DNA of 64,000 bases from IMG/VR virus record IMGVR_UViG_3300025141_012985, positions 1 to 64,000 of that record; one strand, written 5' to 3'. Position 1 is the stretch's first letter. Each line of letters opens with the position of its first letter. The notes beneath the pieces are model-generated. The model was not told the DNA's origin. It saw only the letters and a list, made by a program, of their open reading frames with translations, and did not search any database. Both the position numbers and the translations under genes were made by a program. Positions 39,901 through 48,835 of the stretch are shown piece after piece. Origin of the DNA: a virus.

Positions 39901-40776
39901 CAAAATGCTGACGCTCACGCTACCGGATCAATTCAATTTTCACGATCATCGTCTCTTAGTGGATCTTTTTCAACTTCATACAGCGCTTCAGGCTCTTTGG
40001 TTTTTGATCATCCGCTTAAGACAAACTTAACAACGTCAGTTGTGACATCGTCAATTCTTCACGTCTATTCTGCAAGCGATAATTCAAATGCAAATACTAC
40101 TGAGTATTTTAACGGAGAAGCGTTCAGAATTCAGAGTGGAAGCTTTTCTACACAGGCAAATGTTACCTCTATTTCTTATAACTGGTCATCTACGGGATCA
40201 ATAAACGATAATAGTAATTTTTCTGGGTACTACACAGGTCTCATGCTCTATGATGGAAAGTTAATAAGCCCACTAAAGGGCGGAAACAGCGGAGATTTTA
40301 GAAGATATAGTGAGGGAGGAGTTCTTGACGGTCCACCAAGTAATGTAAACTATAGCTCACTTGGTGTTTCAACTAGAGAATATTACAGAGGATTTTTAAA
40401 TAATACTACAAATGACAGGCCAAGTGTGACAGTTACAATATACGGAGATGCCACAATTGTAGGAAAGACAGGAGCAAACGCTGCTTCACTAGGCACTAAT
40501 AAGAATATTTTTGTTGAAGTCAATATTCCCGCAAAGACAGCATTTTTAGACTTAGGAAAGCCATCAGCAGGCGCAGGAAATACTAGTGCAGGAGATGGAT
40601 GCCTAAGTGGCGATCTTGATTCAACTGTTGATGGAGGAGGTGCAGGAAATACATGCACATTTAATGGGTCTACTGTAGATGGAACTGTCTCTGGTGCAGA
40701 ATATCTTGTGATAAAGATATCTGCTCATAAGAGCTGGACTGGGTACGTTTCACAGGTAAGCGTGAGCTGGAGCTAG
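36994..40776 (+). CDS. Large Ser/Gly/Thr-rich virion protein with an internal duplication
   Basis: Two homologous halves (PDLDDI, GWNYARV.H, TNYVEWVND, LSG..YF, HPLK.NL) about 576 aa apart. Confidence 0.7.
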   Translation: MTAVRVTESSGSVGSIQIADGYGGFLSGTLKAGDNITIADMGSGSFAISASISAGSTIGTAEDSDYSDGLFSSFTSSTEIGTAIDKFNEVLKALAPDPGPDLDDISSKDTGTTGILSFGSSNNQSSGSPAYISVSTSAGLSAVDVNGSYAVTTSSNNIRLGVFDGDTHVSGVLNADVGSNSQGNSVQNYPEFSFGNGETGVLRLEVNGSTIKEIDLTTATIGSGTSGLGTGSYLDSNGSGFNFFSTESTGTLSNGNSFASFKHRTGQFVVASGSQRRGWNYARVSHVMTGTTSNTNYVEWVNDDNADSLAAAGNELSFVGSGSIHLSGIEYFQSGTATYAARVTNAYKYVYDNTDITFTTSNSAAASSSPSFSISAQSKPTIGGGETHAKVLHITGSGAVTSNYFISGALTTGINVTHPLKSNLSNSGQASTTGILMYNLSNTSTAQSETLRREDYRIVSGAYSTQASLTNSANKWDSEKHITGSNGGHSNGLQFYNSRLYSPTSTLRSGDFRDSSESGKLDNSPPGNPNYSGESGQRTFYRWFKNETGSTKYDLTIAINGSGTTIVTAATALNSGRIRVFVKFPSDGTRETGWLDLATEFVLDDYDDNDGAHTANGALSFDSSLNATNYVTLGTVGIGDDEYIGLRIEADTGWTGYISQITVTFGAGTGTISAVPDLDDIDCNDDGTDCNLSFGSSKSISGYTDVGTAAGFSATDVNGKYQTAASSNNLRRSVFALDTIVEGDLNEDVSATSPDYVANSFSDANSGSLVLEINGSDVHTVSLAGAYNNVGAGEPGSGTGTSFTSNSGFFDLSVWRPAEWDNEVPYYPETHRTGKYRVHTGHQRNGWNYARVKHVGTWGTRTTNYVEWVNDSDSNALSADGLTLQPFGDDNLFYLSGVKYFIEPSGSIEVRVSNLYKNVYSDSNSAISFTNLTNATGVRIIQAGTGLSSTKSTNSSTDSLQTLSTTANSQNADAHATGSIQFSRSSSLSGSFSTSYSASGSLVFDHPLKTNLTTSVVTSSILHVYSASDNSNANTTEYFNGEAFRIQSGSFSTQANVTSISYNWSSTGSINDNSNFSGYYTGLMLYDGKLISPLKGGNSGDFRRYSEGGVLDGPPSNVNYSSLGVSTREYYRGFLNNTTNDRPSVTVTIYGDATIVGKTGANAASLGTNKNIFVEVNIPAKTAFLDLGKPSAGAGNTSAGDGCLSGDLDSTVDGGGAGNTCTFNGSTVDGTVSGAEYLVIKISAHKSWTGYVSQVSVSWS

Positions 40777-40777
40777 A

Positions 40778-42031
40778 ATGGCAGGAAAAAGTAATACCTC
40801 AGCAACATTTTTTGCACAGAAGAAGCTTCTTGGAAAAGCTCACACATCAAATCTTAAAGTCGATGGTGAGGAAGTCATTGGATCAAATATCCAGGCTGCA
40901 TCAACGCTTATATTTGGAGAGGATATACCGACAGGACCAAGTCAGACGCTTTGGCTTCTTCAAAGTGCTTCAAACGGCGGACCTCCAACTGTTGAGTATA
41001 TTCAATTTATTCTCACAGCCCTGACAGGAACTACATACGACGCCGACTCTTCTGGCGGCGGTGCCGGGTCAGATTCAGGTGAATCTTCTCAGTCGTCTGG
41101 TCCTCACTGTTATAAGTTTGTAATGCCTTCCGACTATACATCCAACTCTAGCAATTCTAGGGAGGGAAATGGAACATTTAATAATAGCAAGATTGTTCAC
41201 GAAACTCTTGGTGCACTTCAGCTAATTCCCCCATTCTTTTCACAGGATTCACCCAATCCGTATATAGTGAAAATTTTTGAAGATGACAGCGGCGATGTCG
41301 GTGATGAGATTCCTCTTTTGGATAATATTGACTGGAACGTAGACTACTACAACGGAGTTTTATTCTTACAAGATTACGACTCAGGTAAGATACCTGCGCA
41401 TGCAAAAGCTTTTGCCTATGTCGGAAAAATGCTTAATGAAGTTGTTTCTAGTGGAAGCAGTGGAGGAGGAGACGGAGATCCAAATGCCACATATCTTGTT
41501 AAAACAGCAACAGGCTCACTAAGTGCAGAGAGGGCTTTAGTTGCAGGAACTGGATTAAGCTCAGCAGATGCTGGTGCAAATGGTAATTTCACGCTGTCTG
41601 TAAATAACTCTATTATTGCAACTCTTACAGGTTCAGTATTTTCTGGTCCTGTAAAGTCTTCTCAGATAACCGGGTCCATTACAAAGATATTTGACGGAAC
41701 AAGCTACATTAGGTCTGCAGGTGCCGCCTCTGTTTCTTCTGGATCTGGGGGTGCAATTACAATATCATCCCCGAGCTATGTATTTAGTGAGTACCTTGGC
41801 ATGAGTAATGGATCAAATACAAAATTTACATTCAATTATCAACCTGACAATGTGAAAAATGTCTCTGTTTTCGTTAACGGTATTTTCCAAGCACCAGCAA
41901 CGTCGATTACTAGTGCAGGATATCAAGATTATTCTGTGACAGGATCAAATATGTACTTTACTACTGGGTCACTGCCTGAATCTGGTAGTGTAATTTTTGC
42001 AAATTATTCAACAAATAGCAGCATATCATAG
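40778..42031 (+). CDS. Virion structural / fibre-associated protein
   Basis: 'DW..DYYNGVL', 'F.YVGK', C-terminal 'VFVNG.FQ....DYSV.G....F' module. Confidence 0.6.
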   Translation: MAGKSNTSATFFAQKKLLGKAHTSNLKVDGEEVIGSNIQAASTLIFGEDIPTGPSQTLWLLQSASNGGPPTVEYIQFILTALTGTTYDADSSGGGAGSDSGESSQSSGPHCYKFVMPSDYTSNSSNSREGNGTFNNSKIVHETLGALQLIPPFFSQDSPNPYIVKIFEDDSGDVGDEIPLLDNIDWNVDYYNGVLFLQDYDSGKIPAHAKAFAYVGKMLNEVVSSGSSGGGDGDPNATYLVKTATGSLSAERALVAGTGLSSADAGANGNFTLSVNNSIIATLTGSVFSGPVKSSQITGSITKIFDGTSYIRSAGAASVSSGSGGAITISSPSYVFSEYLGMSNGSNTKFTFNYQPDNVKNVSVFVNGIFQAPATSITSAGYQDYSVTGSNMYFTTGSLPESGSVIFANYSTNSSIS

Positions 42032-42097
42032 ATCTGTGAACAAAGTTCAGGAAGTGTGAAAACATTTCTTTCATTTCCGAACTTATCATGCTAATTG

Positions 42098-42104
42098 ATA
42101 CTTA
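42098..42104 (+). promoter_or_regulatory. Putative late promoter motif ATANTTA
   Basis: ATACTTA upstream of ORF 42142. Confidence 0.45.
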
Positions 42105-42141
42105 TCCTTAGATGCCATGTGGCTTCAAATCTAAGTTAAAA

Positions 42142-42363
42142 ATGAAAGAATATTCGACTCCAGACCTATCCACTGCTGCCTTTTTATTGATGAGAGGAAT
42201 CAGGCTTATACATGCCAGTAAGCTCCCGTCAGGAAAATTTATTTTTACATTCAGCGATCCGGATCAGAAGTGTCAAAGTCTCTCATTAGAGTTTCTTAAT
42301 TCAGAGTTTTCTGACTATGATAATCATGTCAGGAATCTAAAGAGGATGATATATAGTAGTTGA
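42142..42363 (+). CDS. Small phage protein, DUF5659-like
   Basis: 'T.DL..AAFL...G..L........F.F.F' pattern; ATG 42142 preferred over 42112. Confidence 0.55.
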   Translation: MKEYSTPDLSTAAFLLMRGIRLIHASKLPSGKFIFTFSDPDQKCQSLSLEFLNSEFSDYDNHVRNLKRMIYSS

Positions 42364-42383
42364 GACCCAGTGTGCGGTCTAAG

Positions 42384-42441
42384 GTTAAGTTAGTTTTCCG
42401 TTAATGTTATAGATTAGTTTCGTTAAAGACACGTTAGGTTA
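42384..42441 (+). repeat. Cluster of seven GTTA motifs between two hairpins
   Basis: GTTA at 42384, 42389, 42400, 42406, 42422, 42433, 42438. Confidence 0.55.
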
Positions 42442-42503
42442 TATGTCAAATTTGCGTGTTGCAAATTGACAAGCCAATAATCTATAAGAAAAGGAAAATT
42501 ATA

Positions 42504-45500
42504 ATGGCGATGAAAACAAAGGTAAGGTTGTCCCAGGTCTCAGGATCTATCCCAACCGACTCCGAATCAGCAGCAGCTTCTACAAGTCTTGCACTTGATA
42601 ATGCTCGTGAGATTCTAAATCACATGGCTTCTTCTATTAAGAGAATCCACGGTGCAGCAACTTGGTCAGCAGCTGCTTCAGGTTCATTCTCAACAAACAT
42701 CTACCCAGCTTCAGATGACGGAGCTGCTCTAGGTTTCACTGATAAGAACTGGTCAGATCTCTATCTTGCTGATGGAGCTGTCATCAATCTTGGAGACGAT
42801 CAGGATGTTACACTAACTCACGTTGTCGACACAGGCGTTCTTCTCAGTTCAACTGATCAGTTTCAGTTTGGTGATTCAGGCACATACATTCACCAGGCAG
42901 CTGATGGCGAGCTTGATATTGTCTCTGACGGCAACATTGATCTTGCTGTTGGTGCAGCCGGTGTTATTGTTCGAGGAACAACTCCAAAAGTAACAATCGG
43001 TGATGCAGGTGCAGAAGACACCTTCCTGGTATTCGACGGAAACTCACAGGACTATCGTATCGGTCTCGATGACGGAACTGATAAGCTTGAGATTGGTGTC
43101 GGAGCTACTCACGGTACAACAACTGCTATAACAGTCGACGCTTCTCAGCAAGTTGTCGTTGTTGCAGCTACCGAGGCAACTAGTGCAACAGATGGTGCAC
43201 TTGTTTCAACAGGTGGTCTTTCTGTTGCTAAGAGTGTGGTTATCGGTGATGATCTTGATCTTCTATCTGATGGCGCAATCATGAATATCGGCTCTACTTC
43301 AAAGTTCACTATTACTGCTGCTGATGCTAACAATGCTGTAGTTGCTTCTGCTAACCATAGACTTGCATTTGGTAATGCCGGTGAGTATATTTACGGTGAC
43401 GGAACTGATATGAAGGTCATATCAAGCGGTGACGTTGATATAACAGCTACTCTGGTTGATGTAACTGGTGCCGGTACATTTAGCGGCATTCTTAAAACTG
43501 ATGATACTACTGAAGCAACTTCAGCAACTGATGGTTCACTTCAAACTGACGGCGGCTTGAGTGTTGCAAAGAGTGCAGTTATTGGTGATGATTTGGATCT
43601 TCTATCTGATGGCGCAATCATGAACATTGGAAGCACATCTAAGTTCACTTTGACAGCTGCAGATGCCAACAACGCCGTAGTTGTTACAGCAAACCACCGT
43701 CTCGCACTTGGTGATGCTGGTGAGTATATTTACGGTGACGGAACCGATATGAAGATTATATCAAGCGGTGATGTTGACGTAACAGCTACATTGTTTGATG
43801 TAACTGGTGGAGGTGCTTTCAGTGGAAACCTTACTGTTGCTGGAAATCTTGATGTTAATGGAACAACGACTACGCTTGACACAGAAAACATGACTGTTCA
43901 AGACTCAATCATTGCTCTCGGTGTTTCAGGGTCTGTTTCAGGGTCTTCCGGATCATTCTCTAACGTTGGTGATAGAGCTATCATCTTCGCAAGAGGGTCA
44001 GCAGTTCACTCGTTTATGCCGGCTCTCAATTACGCAAGTGATAGTGTTTTTGAAATGGCAACGTTCTCTGCTTCTGCTGCGTCAGGTACAATGGGAACCG
44101 CGAAGGCAGGTATAGACGTTAGGGCAGGAAGTGTTCAGCCAATTGCTTCTGACGGAGCAGCACTTGGTTCTACATCACTCAAGTGGTCAGATCTATTCCT
44201 CGCTTCAGGTGCTGTTGTTAACTTTGATAGCGGCAATGCCACACTTACACATGCAGCAGGGCTCTTGACGTCAAACGTTGAGACTAGAGTTGCTAAGCTG
44301 TCTATTGATAGCGCAAACGACTATATCGATGTTGACACTGATCTTAAGATCATTGCCGCTGCAGATGTCGTTATTGATCCTGGTGGTGGAGAGCTAAAGG
44401 TTGACGGTAACGTTATTCCTAACAGTGATTCCGCTGACTCACTCGGTGCTTCTGGTACTGCTTGGTTGAAGCTATGGGTTGATGACATTGATCTAAACGG
44501 TCAGGGCTCAATCAGCATGGGTGGATCAGGTCGTATTGATCTTGATGGAGATGATGATACTTCAATCCGCGCTTCAGCAGACGATGTTATTACGTTTGAA
44601 GCTGGTGGAAGCGATGTAATGTCCATGGATGCTTCATCACTCTATCCTGCGGGAGACGATGGTGCGGCACTCGGATCTGCAAACCAGAACTGGTCTGATC
44701 TCTATCTAGCAGATGCTGCTGTAGTTAACTTGGGTGATGATCAAGATGTTACACTGACGCATGTTCATGACCAGGGTCTTCTTCTTGGGGGAACTGCTAC
44801 TACTAGAGCACTAATGTTCGGAGACAGTGGTACCTACATCCATCAGCCAGCTGATGGTGAGCTTGATATTATCTCTGATGGTAATATTGATCTTAGTGTC
44901 GGTGCAGCTGGTGTTATTGTTCGAGGAACTGCACCTAAGGTAACCATCGGTGATGCTGGTGAGGAAGATACCATGCTGGTCTTTGACGGACACGCTCAAG
45001 ACTTCCGTATCGGTCTAGATGACGGAACAGACGTCCTAGAGATGGGTGTTGGATCTGCTCATGGTACCACAACTTCTCTGAAGCTTGATGCATCTTTGAA
45101 CGTTGATGTTGCTGGTCATAACGGAACTCTCGGGCTTAAGCTTGGTGGAACTACTGTTACTTCAACTGCTGCAGAGATCAATCTTCTAGATGGGGGAACT
45201 TCAGTCGGTGCTGGAATCACACTTGTCGATGGCGATGGTATCTTTGTCAATGATGGTGGAGCATCCAAGCTTCAGCCAGTATCAGATCTTGCCTCATATA
45301 TCATTGGAAAGAGACAGAAGTCAATTGTTTCTGGATCTGCTGTTAACGCTGATACAAACGTTGCAACCGGTCTTGACGACTGGTCCGACGCAAATGTCAA
45401 TGCCAAGGAGGTTTACGTCAACGGTCAGCTTATGACACCAGGAAATGACTCTGCCTCTAATGGTGACTGGTACCCTGGGAGCGCCGATAACGTTAAGTTT

Positions 45501-45551
45501 GAATTCGCTATTCAATCTGACGACATCATTCAGTTTGTTGTCTGGTACTAA
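42504..45551 (+). CDS. Tail/head fibre protein with internal repeats
   Basis: Gly/Ala/Asp/Thr-rich; repeated 'YP..DDGAALG....WSDLYLA' and 'TEATSATDG.L...GGLSVAKS.VIG' units; strong terminator downstream. Confidence 0.75.
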   Translation: MAMKTKVRLSQVSGSIPTDSESAAASTSLALDNAREILNHMASSIKRIHGAATWSAAASGSFSTNIYPASDDGAALGFTDKNWSDLYLADGAVINLGDDQDVTLTHVVDTGVLLSSTDQFQFGDSGTYIHQAADGELDIVSDGNIDLAVGAAGVIVRGTTPKVTIGDAGAEDTFLVFDGNSQDYRIGLDDGTDKLEIGVGATHGTTTAITVDASQQVVVVAATEATSATDGALVSTGGLSVAKSVVIGDDLDLLSDGAIMNIGSTSKFTITAADANNAVVASANHRLAFGNAGEYIYGDGTDMKVISSGDVDITATLVDVTGAGTFSGILKTDDTTEATSATDGSLQTDGGLSVAKSAVIGDDLDLLSDGAIMNIGSTSKFTLTAADANNAVVVTANHRLALGDAGEYIYGDGTDMKIISSGDVDVTATLFDVTGGGAFSGNLTVAGNLDVNGTTTTLDTENMTVQDSIIALGVSGSVSGSSGSFSNVGDRAIIFARGSAVHSFMPALNYASDSVFEMATFSASAASGTMGTAKAGIDVRAGSVQPIASDGAALGSTSLKWSDLFLASGAVVNFDSGNATLTHAAGLLTSNVETRVAKLSIDSANDYIDVDTDLKIIAAADVVIDPGGGELKVDGNVIPNSDSADSLGASGTAWLKLWVDDIDLNGQGSISMGGSGRIDLDGDDDTSIRASADDVITFEAGGSDVMSMDASSLYPAGDDGAALGSANQNWSDLYLADAAVVNLGDDQDVTLTHVHDQGLLLGGTATTRALMFGDSGTYIHQPADGELDIISDGNIDLSVGAAGVIVRGTAPKVTIGDAGEEDTMLVFDGHAQDFRIGLDDGTDVLEMGVGSAHGTTTSLKLDASLNVDVAGHNGTLGLKLGGTTVTSTAAEINLLDGGTSVGAGITLVDGDGIFVNDGGASKLQPVSDLASYIIGKRQKSIVSGSAVNADTNVATGLDDWSDANVNAKEVYVNGQLMTPGNDSASNGDWYPGSADNVKFEFAIQSDDIIQFVVWY

Positions 45552-45577
45552 TTTAAGCTTTAGATAAAAATACTTTT

Positions 45578-45608
45578 TGGGGGACCTCATTTGGGGTCCC
45601 CCATTTTT
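45578..45608 (+). terminator. Rho-independent terminator
   Basis: TGGGGGACC...GGTCCCCCA followed by TTTTT. Confidence 0.8.
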
Positions 45609-45675
45609 ATGCTTTCTAGGATATAAACGAATGACAAAGTAGTCAGTATTATATTACTTACATTCCAGAAAATTA

Positions 45676-46140
45676 TTGAGGTGTGATGTGGAGTTTGAAA
45701 ACAGGTATCTTGAGAGATTGATTAATGATCTTAGTAGTGCTAGAGATGATAAAAAAGGCTCAGTGGCTGGAAGGGATTCCATTTTTGGTCTAGAAATAGC
45801 TTTTGAAAAGATTAAGGAAAAATGTGTTGAAGAAGTCATAAGAGTTAAAGAGACAAATGAAGAGTTGGCAAAATATGTTGAAATATTTTCAAATTCAATA
45901 CTAACAACGATGATAGATCTAAAGACTAGTGAAGGCGGGCTTGTTGAAAGGGTCGAAAATCAGGTTGAGATTCTTGATGAGATGATTTCAGATGCAGCAG
46001 CCAAAAGAGAGGCCCTCCTTCTTGAGATAAAGAGTGAAATGGAAAAGGCTAAGGAGGAAAATATTTCTCCAACAGCTAGAATGGCCAGGGCTGCTCTTCC
46101 ACAAAAGAGCTCAAAAAAAAAGAAAAGTCAAGAAAAATAA
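45676..46140 (+). CDS. Hypothetical coiled-coil protein (possible -1 extension to 46220)
   Basis: Glu/Lys-rich helical ORF ending just after an A9 run. Confidence 0.55.
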   Translation: MRCDVEFENRYLERLINDLSSARDDKKGSVAGRDSIFGLEIAFEKIKEKCVEEVIRVKETNEELAKYVEIFSNSILTTMIDLKTSEGGLVERVENQVEILDEMISDAAAKREALLLEIKSEMEKAKEENISPTARMARAALPQKSSKKKKSQEK

Positions 46141-46256
46141 GAAAGATAGGTGAGAAACCTGAAAGACTGAAGACAATAAGAAACTTTCAAAATAAAAATA
46201 TTGAAATAGACGCTCAATAGAGAGCTATTTATCTTTAAAGGTGGTAAATTTAAAAA

Positions 46257-46688
46257 ATGCCCATTACACTAGTTAAAAGCGTCAATTTTGGATCTGGCCT
46301 GACAGGTCTCACAACTGTGGGATATAGGCTATTCAGTTCGACGGGTGCCTTAAGTGGGTCAAGAGTGACCAGCGGTGTAGGAGAAATCCTTGGAGGAACA
46401 GGTATTTACAGTGCCAGCGTTTATTTTTCTTCAGACTTCAAGGGGTCAATTTTATGGGACACAGGGGGATCTTCTCCTGCATATGCAACTGAGGATTACA
46501 ATCCCCAACCTGAGCAGATAGACTTTATTAAGAATATTGAGGGAGGAAAGTGGAAATTAAACAAGACTACAAAAATCATGACCTTCTATGCAGATGACAA
46601 TCAAACAGTAGTTGCCAAATTTGGAATGTCAGGAAGCGACGGATCACCTTCTGTTGAGAATGTCTTTGAAAGAAATAGACTGGACTAG
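46257..46688 (+). CDS. Hypothetical (probably virion) protein
   Basis: SD AAGGTGG; 'IEGGKWK......FYA.D....VA.F' segment. Confidence 0.55.
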   Translation: MPITLVKSVNFGSGLTGLTTVGYRLFSSTGALSGSRVTSGVGEILGGTGIYSASVYFSSDFKGSILWDTGGSSPAYATEDYNPQPEQIDFIKNIEGGKWKLNKTTKIMTFYADDNQTVVAKFGMSGSDGSPSVENVFERNRLD

Positions 46689-46693
46689 ATTAA

Positions 46694-47050
46694 ATGTCTA
46701 TTCTCACCCGTGGTTTCGGTGAAGGCGGAGGCTTAATAACTAGGGGTCATGGTGTAATCATCCAGGCTGTTGAAGTTCTTACTGCTTATACTTCACAAGT
46801 AGCAAGAAAATATTCTGATGATATTTTTAAATTAACTGATGAAGTAATTGACCTATACAAGATCACTGTATCACTAATTTCAATCAATGGAGAATATTTA
46901 CCCTTTCCAGAGTCAAAAATAGCTCAAGGATCAATAAATAGAAGTAAAGACATTGCCGTTTCAGTTAATAACTTTGCTGTTTCTAATGTCTATAAGCCTG
47001 CCTATAAGATAGTTATAGATGTGCTAGGCGTTAAGAAAGGGATTAAATAG
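46694..47050 (+). CDS. Hypothetical protein
   Basis: Tightly packed ORF with a TRG repeat at the N-terminus. Confidence 0.55.
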   Translation: MSILTRGFGEGGGLITRGHGVIIQAVEVLTAYTSQVARKYSDDIFKLTDEVIDLYKITVSLISINGEYLPFPESKIAQGSINRSKDIAVSVNNFAVSNVYKPAYKIVIDVLGVKKGIK

Positions 47051-47052
47051 AC

Positions 47053-47616
47053 ATGAGTACTATAGATCTTACATTAGATAATAATAATGAGCTTACTTTC
47101 CAGGTAAATATTGAAGGAAGCTCTCCTGCAAAGCCCTCTTGCAGATTTTTAATAGAGGGTGAGGAAATGTCATTTGCCTTTCCCGGAGAGATGGCAAATG
47201 ATGGAATAGTTCATGTTAACATTCCACCTCTAGAAAAGGTTTTAAATGAGGGATCCTATAATTCCGGATTAGAAGTTATTGTTGACGATCGTGTATTTGT
47301 TCCGCTAACACTGACAGCAAATTTTGAAAAATCTGTTAAGGTTACTGCTGAAGCTGTCAATAGAAGGAGGAGACCCTCTACGTCTGCAACAGCACAGCTA
47401 ATAGGGACATCTGTAAAAAATAGGGGATCACGAGGTCAAACACTAATAGGTGAATCACTAAGTACACCTTCAGTAAAAGTTGTCAATAAAGAATCTAAAA
47501 ACAGACAAAGAATAAAAGATCAACCCAGAGATACTAATAAAGAAACTAATATGAATAATCTATCTGAAAATCAGATAAGGAATTTAATTAGAAACATGAT
47601 AGACAGCAAGCAATAA
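47053..47616 (+). CDS. Hypothetical protein
   Basis: Beta-rich N-terminal domain and basic C-terminal tail. Confidence 0.6.
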   Translation: MSTIDLTLDNNNELTFQVNIEGSSPAKPSCRFLIEGEEMSFAFPGEMANDGIVHVNIPPLEKVLNEGSYNSGLEVIVDDRVFVPLTLTANFEKSVKVTAEAVNRRRRPSTSATAQLIGTSVKNRGSRGQTLIGESLSTPSVKVVNKESKNRQRIKDQPRDTNKETNMNNLSENQIRNLIRNMIDSKQ

Positions 47617-47632
47617 AACAAAGGAGTGAAAC

Positions 47633-47872
47633 ATGATGGATTTTATTTTTATATCTTACACATTACTTGGTATTTTATATTTTATACTTTTTATTAGAAA
47701 TCTCTGTGACTGTAATAGCATTCTTGAGTCATCTAAATCTAGAGAAATGAAGAATTTAGCAAAAAGTGAAATAACCAGAACAAGAAACGATATTGTACTA
47801 TGTCTCGTATGGCCGTATTTACTATATAGAGATATCTCTCTTGCAAGAAGGGCATTGCAATCTTTAAAATAA
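47633..47872 (+). CDS. Small membrane protein
   Basis: SD AAGGAG; hydrophobic N-terminal helix and a second hydrophobic patch (LCLVWPYLLY). Confidence 0.55.
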   Translation: MMDFIFISYTLLGILYFILFIRNLCDCNSILESSKSREMKNLAKSEITRTRNDIVLCLVWPYLLYRDISLARRALQSLK

Positions 47873-47876
47873 TAAG

Positions 47877-48593
47877 ATGCAAAAAATAAAAAAGCTGTTA
47901 TTTAAAATGAGATATCTTGAAGAACATCTTGATGAATGTCAGTCTATTTTTGAAAATGCTAAAATAGAGTTTAATAATGCAATTAGGCAATTGCACTACA
48001 ATTTAAATGTATTTGATAGTGCACTTGATCCCAGCCCTAGCACCAAAGAGACAGATAGCTCTAAAAATGTAGATGTTGAAGCTGATATATGTCAAAAAGA
48101 AAAATCTAAACACCCAAAATGGGCAAAGAAAATCTTTAGGGACATAGTAAAGGAGACACATCCTGACCACTTTCCAAAAGGTCTAAGGGACTCTAGAAAG
48201 AAAAACTTGACAGAAATTTATGAGAAAACAATTAAGTCCTATAGTGAGAAATCATATGCAGAATTAATTGAATCTGCTTTTCGGCTAGGGATCGATGTAG
48301 ATTGTGAAGCCAGGAATCAGACAGCTACAATAAAGAAAAAGATCGACTTTATTCAAAATGAAATCGCTACCATTAAAAAAAGCCTATATTGGCAGTGGGC
48401 ACACTCTAATGATGACATGAAACAGTCAATTCTAAAAAAGCTTGTTGATGTTCGAGGATGGACATCAACAGATTCTGGAAGAAAGAAGTCTAGAAAAGGT
48501 TCAGGAAATCATCCTGGAAAGTCAATATCTTGGGCCAGAAAGAAATTTAAAAACGTGTCAGACATACCTAGTGATGATGAATGTGAAGAGTAG
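47877..48593 (+). CDS. Protein with a degenerate J-domain (HPD motif)
   Basis: KKIFRDIVKETHPDHF: HPD after a basic helix, flanked by coiled coils. Confidence 0.55.
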   Translation: MQKIKKLLFKMRYLEEHLDECQSIFENAKIEFNNAIRQLHYNLNVFDSALDPSPSTKETDSSKNVDVEADICQKEKSKHPKWAKKIFRDIVKETHPDHFPKGLRDSRKKNLTEIYEKTIKSYSEKSYAELIESAFRLGIDVDCEARNQTATIKKKIDFIQNEIATIKKSLYWQWAHSNDDMKQSILKKLVDVRGWTSTDSGRKKSRKGSGNHPGKSISWARKKFKNVSDIPSDDECEE

Positions 48594-48595
48594 AA

Positions 48596-48835
48596 ATGAA
48601 AGACATTGAATCTATTATTATCATAATCGTGTTTATGATATCACTATCTTTTGTCTTAAACTTTATTGGAAGCACACTTATTGACATTATGCACTCTATT
48701 TTTCACAAGCAAGGTCAAAGAAAGCATCGATTGAACAATATCAAAAATCCTCAGTATGATATTTCTGAGGATGATAATGACCTGGATACCTCCGAAATCC
48801 CCGTACAATCTAATTCAAGAGCATCTTTGGAATGA
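48596..48835 (+). CDS. Small single-TM protein
   Basis: IIIIIVFMISLSFVLNFIG helix; 3' end overlaps the glycosylase gene. Confidence 0.45.
   Translation: MKDIESIIIIIVFMISLSFVLNFIGSTLIDIMHSIFHKQGQRKHRLNNIKNPQYDISEDDNDLDTSEIPVQSNSRASLE

Noticed and set aside
42363-42471. CRISPR mini-array or tRNA
   Set aside because: Repeats are only 4-15 nt with no regular spacers; no cloverleaf or T-loop consensus.
42504-45551. Diversity-generating retroelement target
   Set aside because: Repeats are in-frame coding modules whose differences are not confined to adenines; no reverse transcriptase is in the window.
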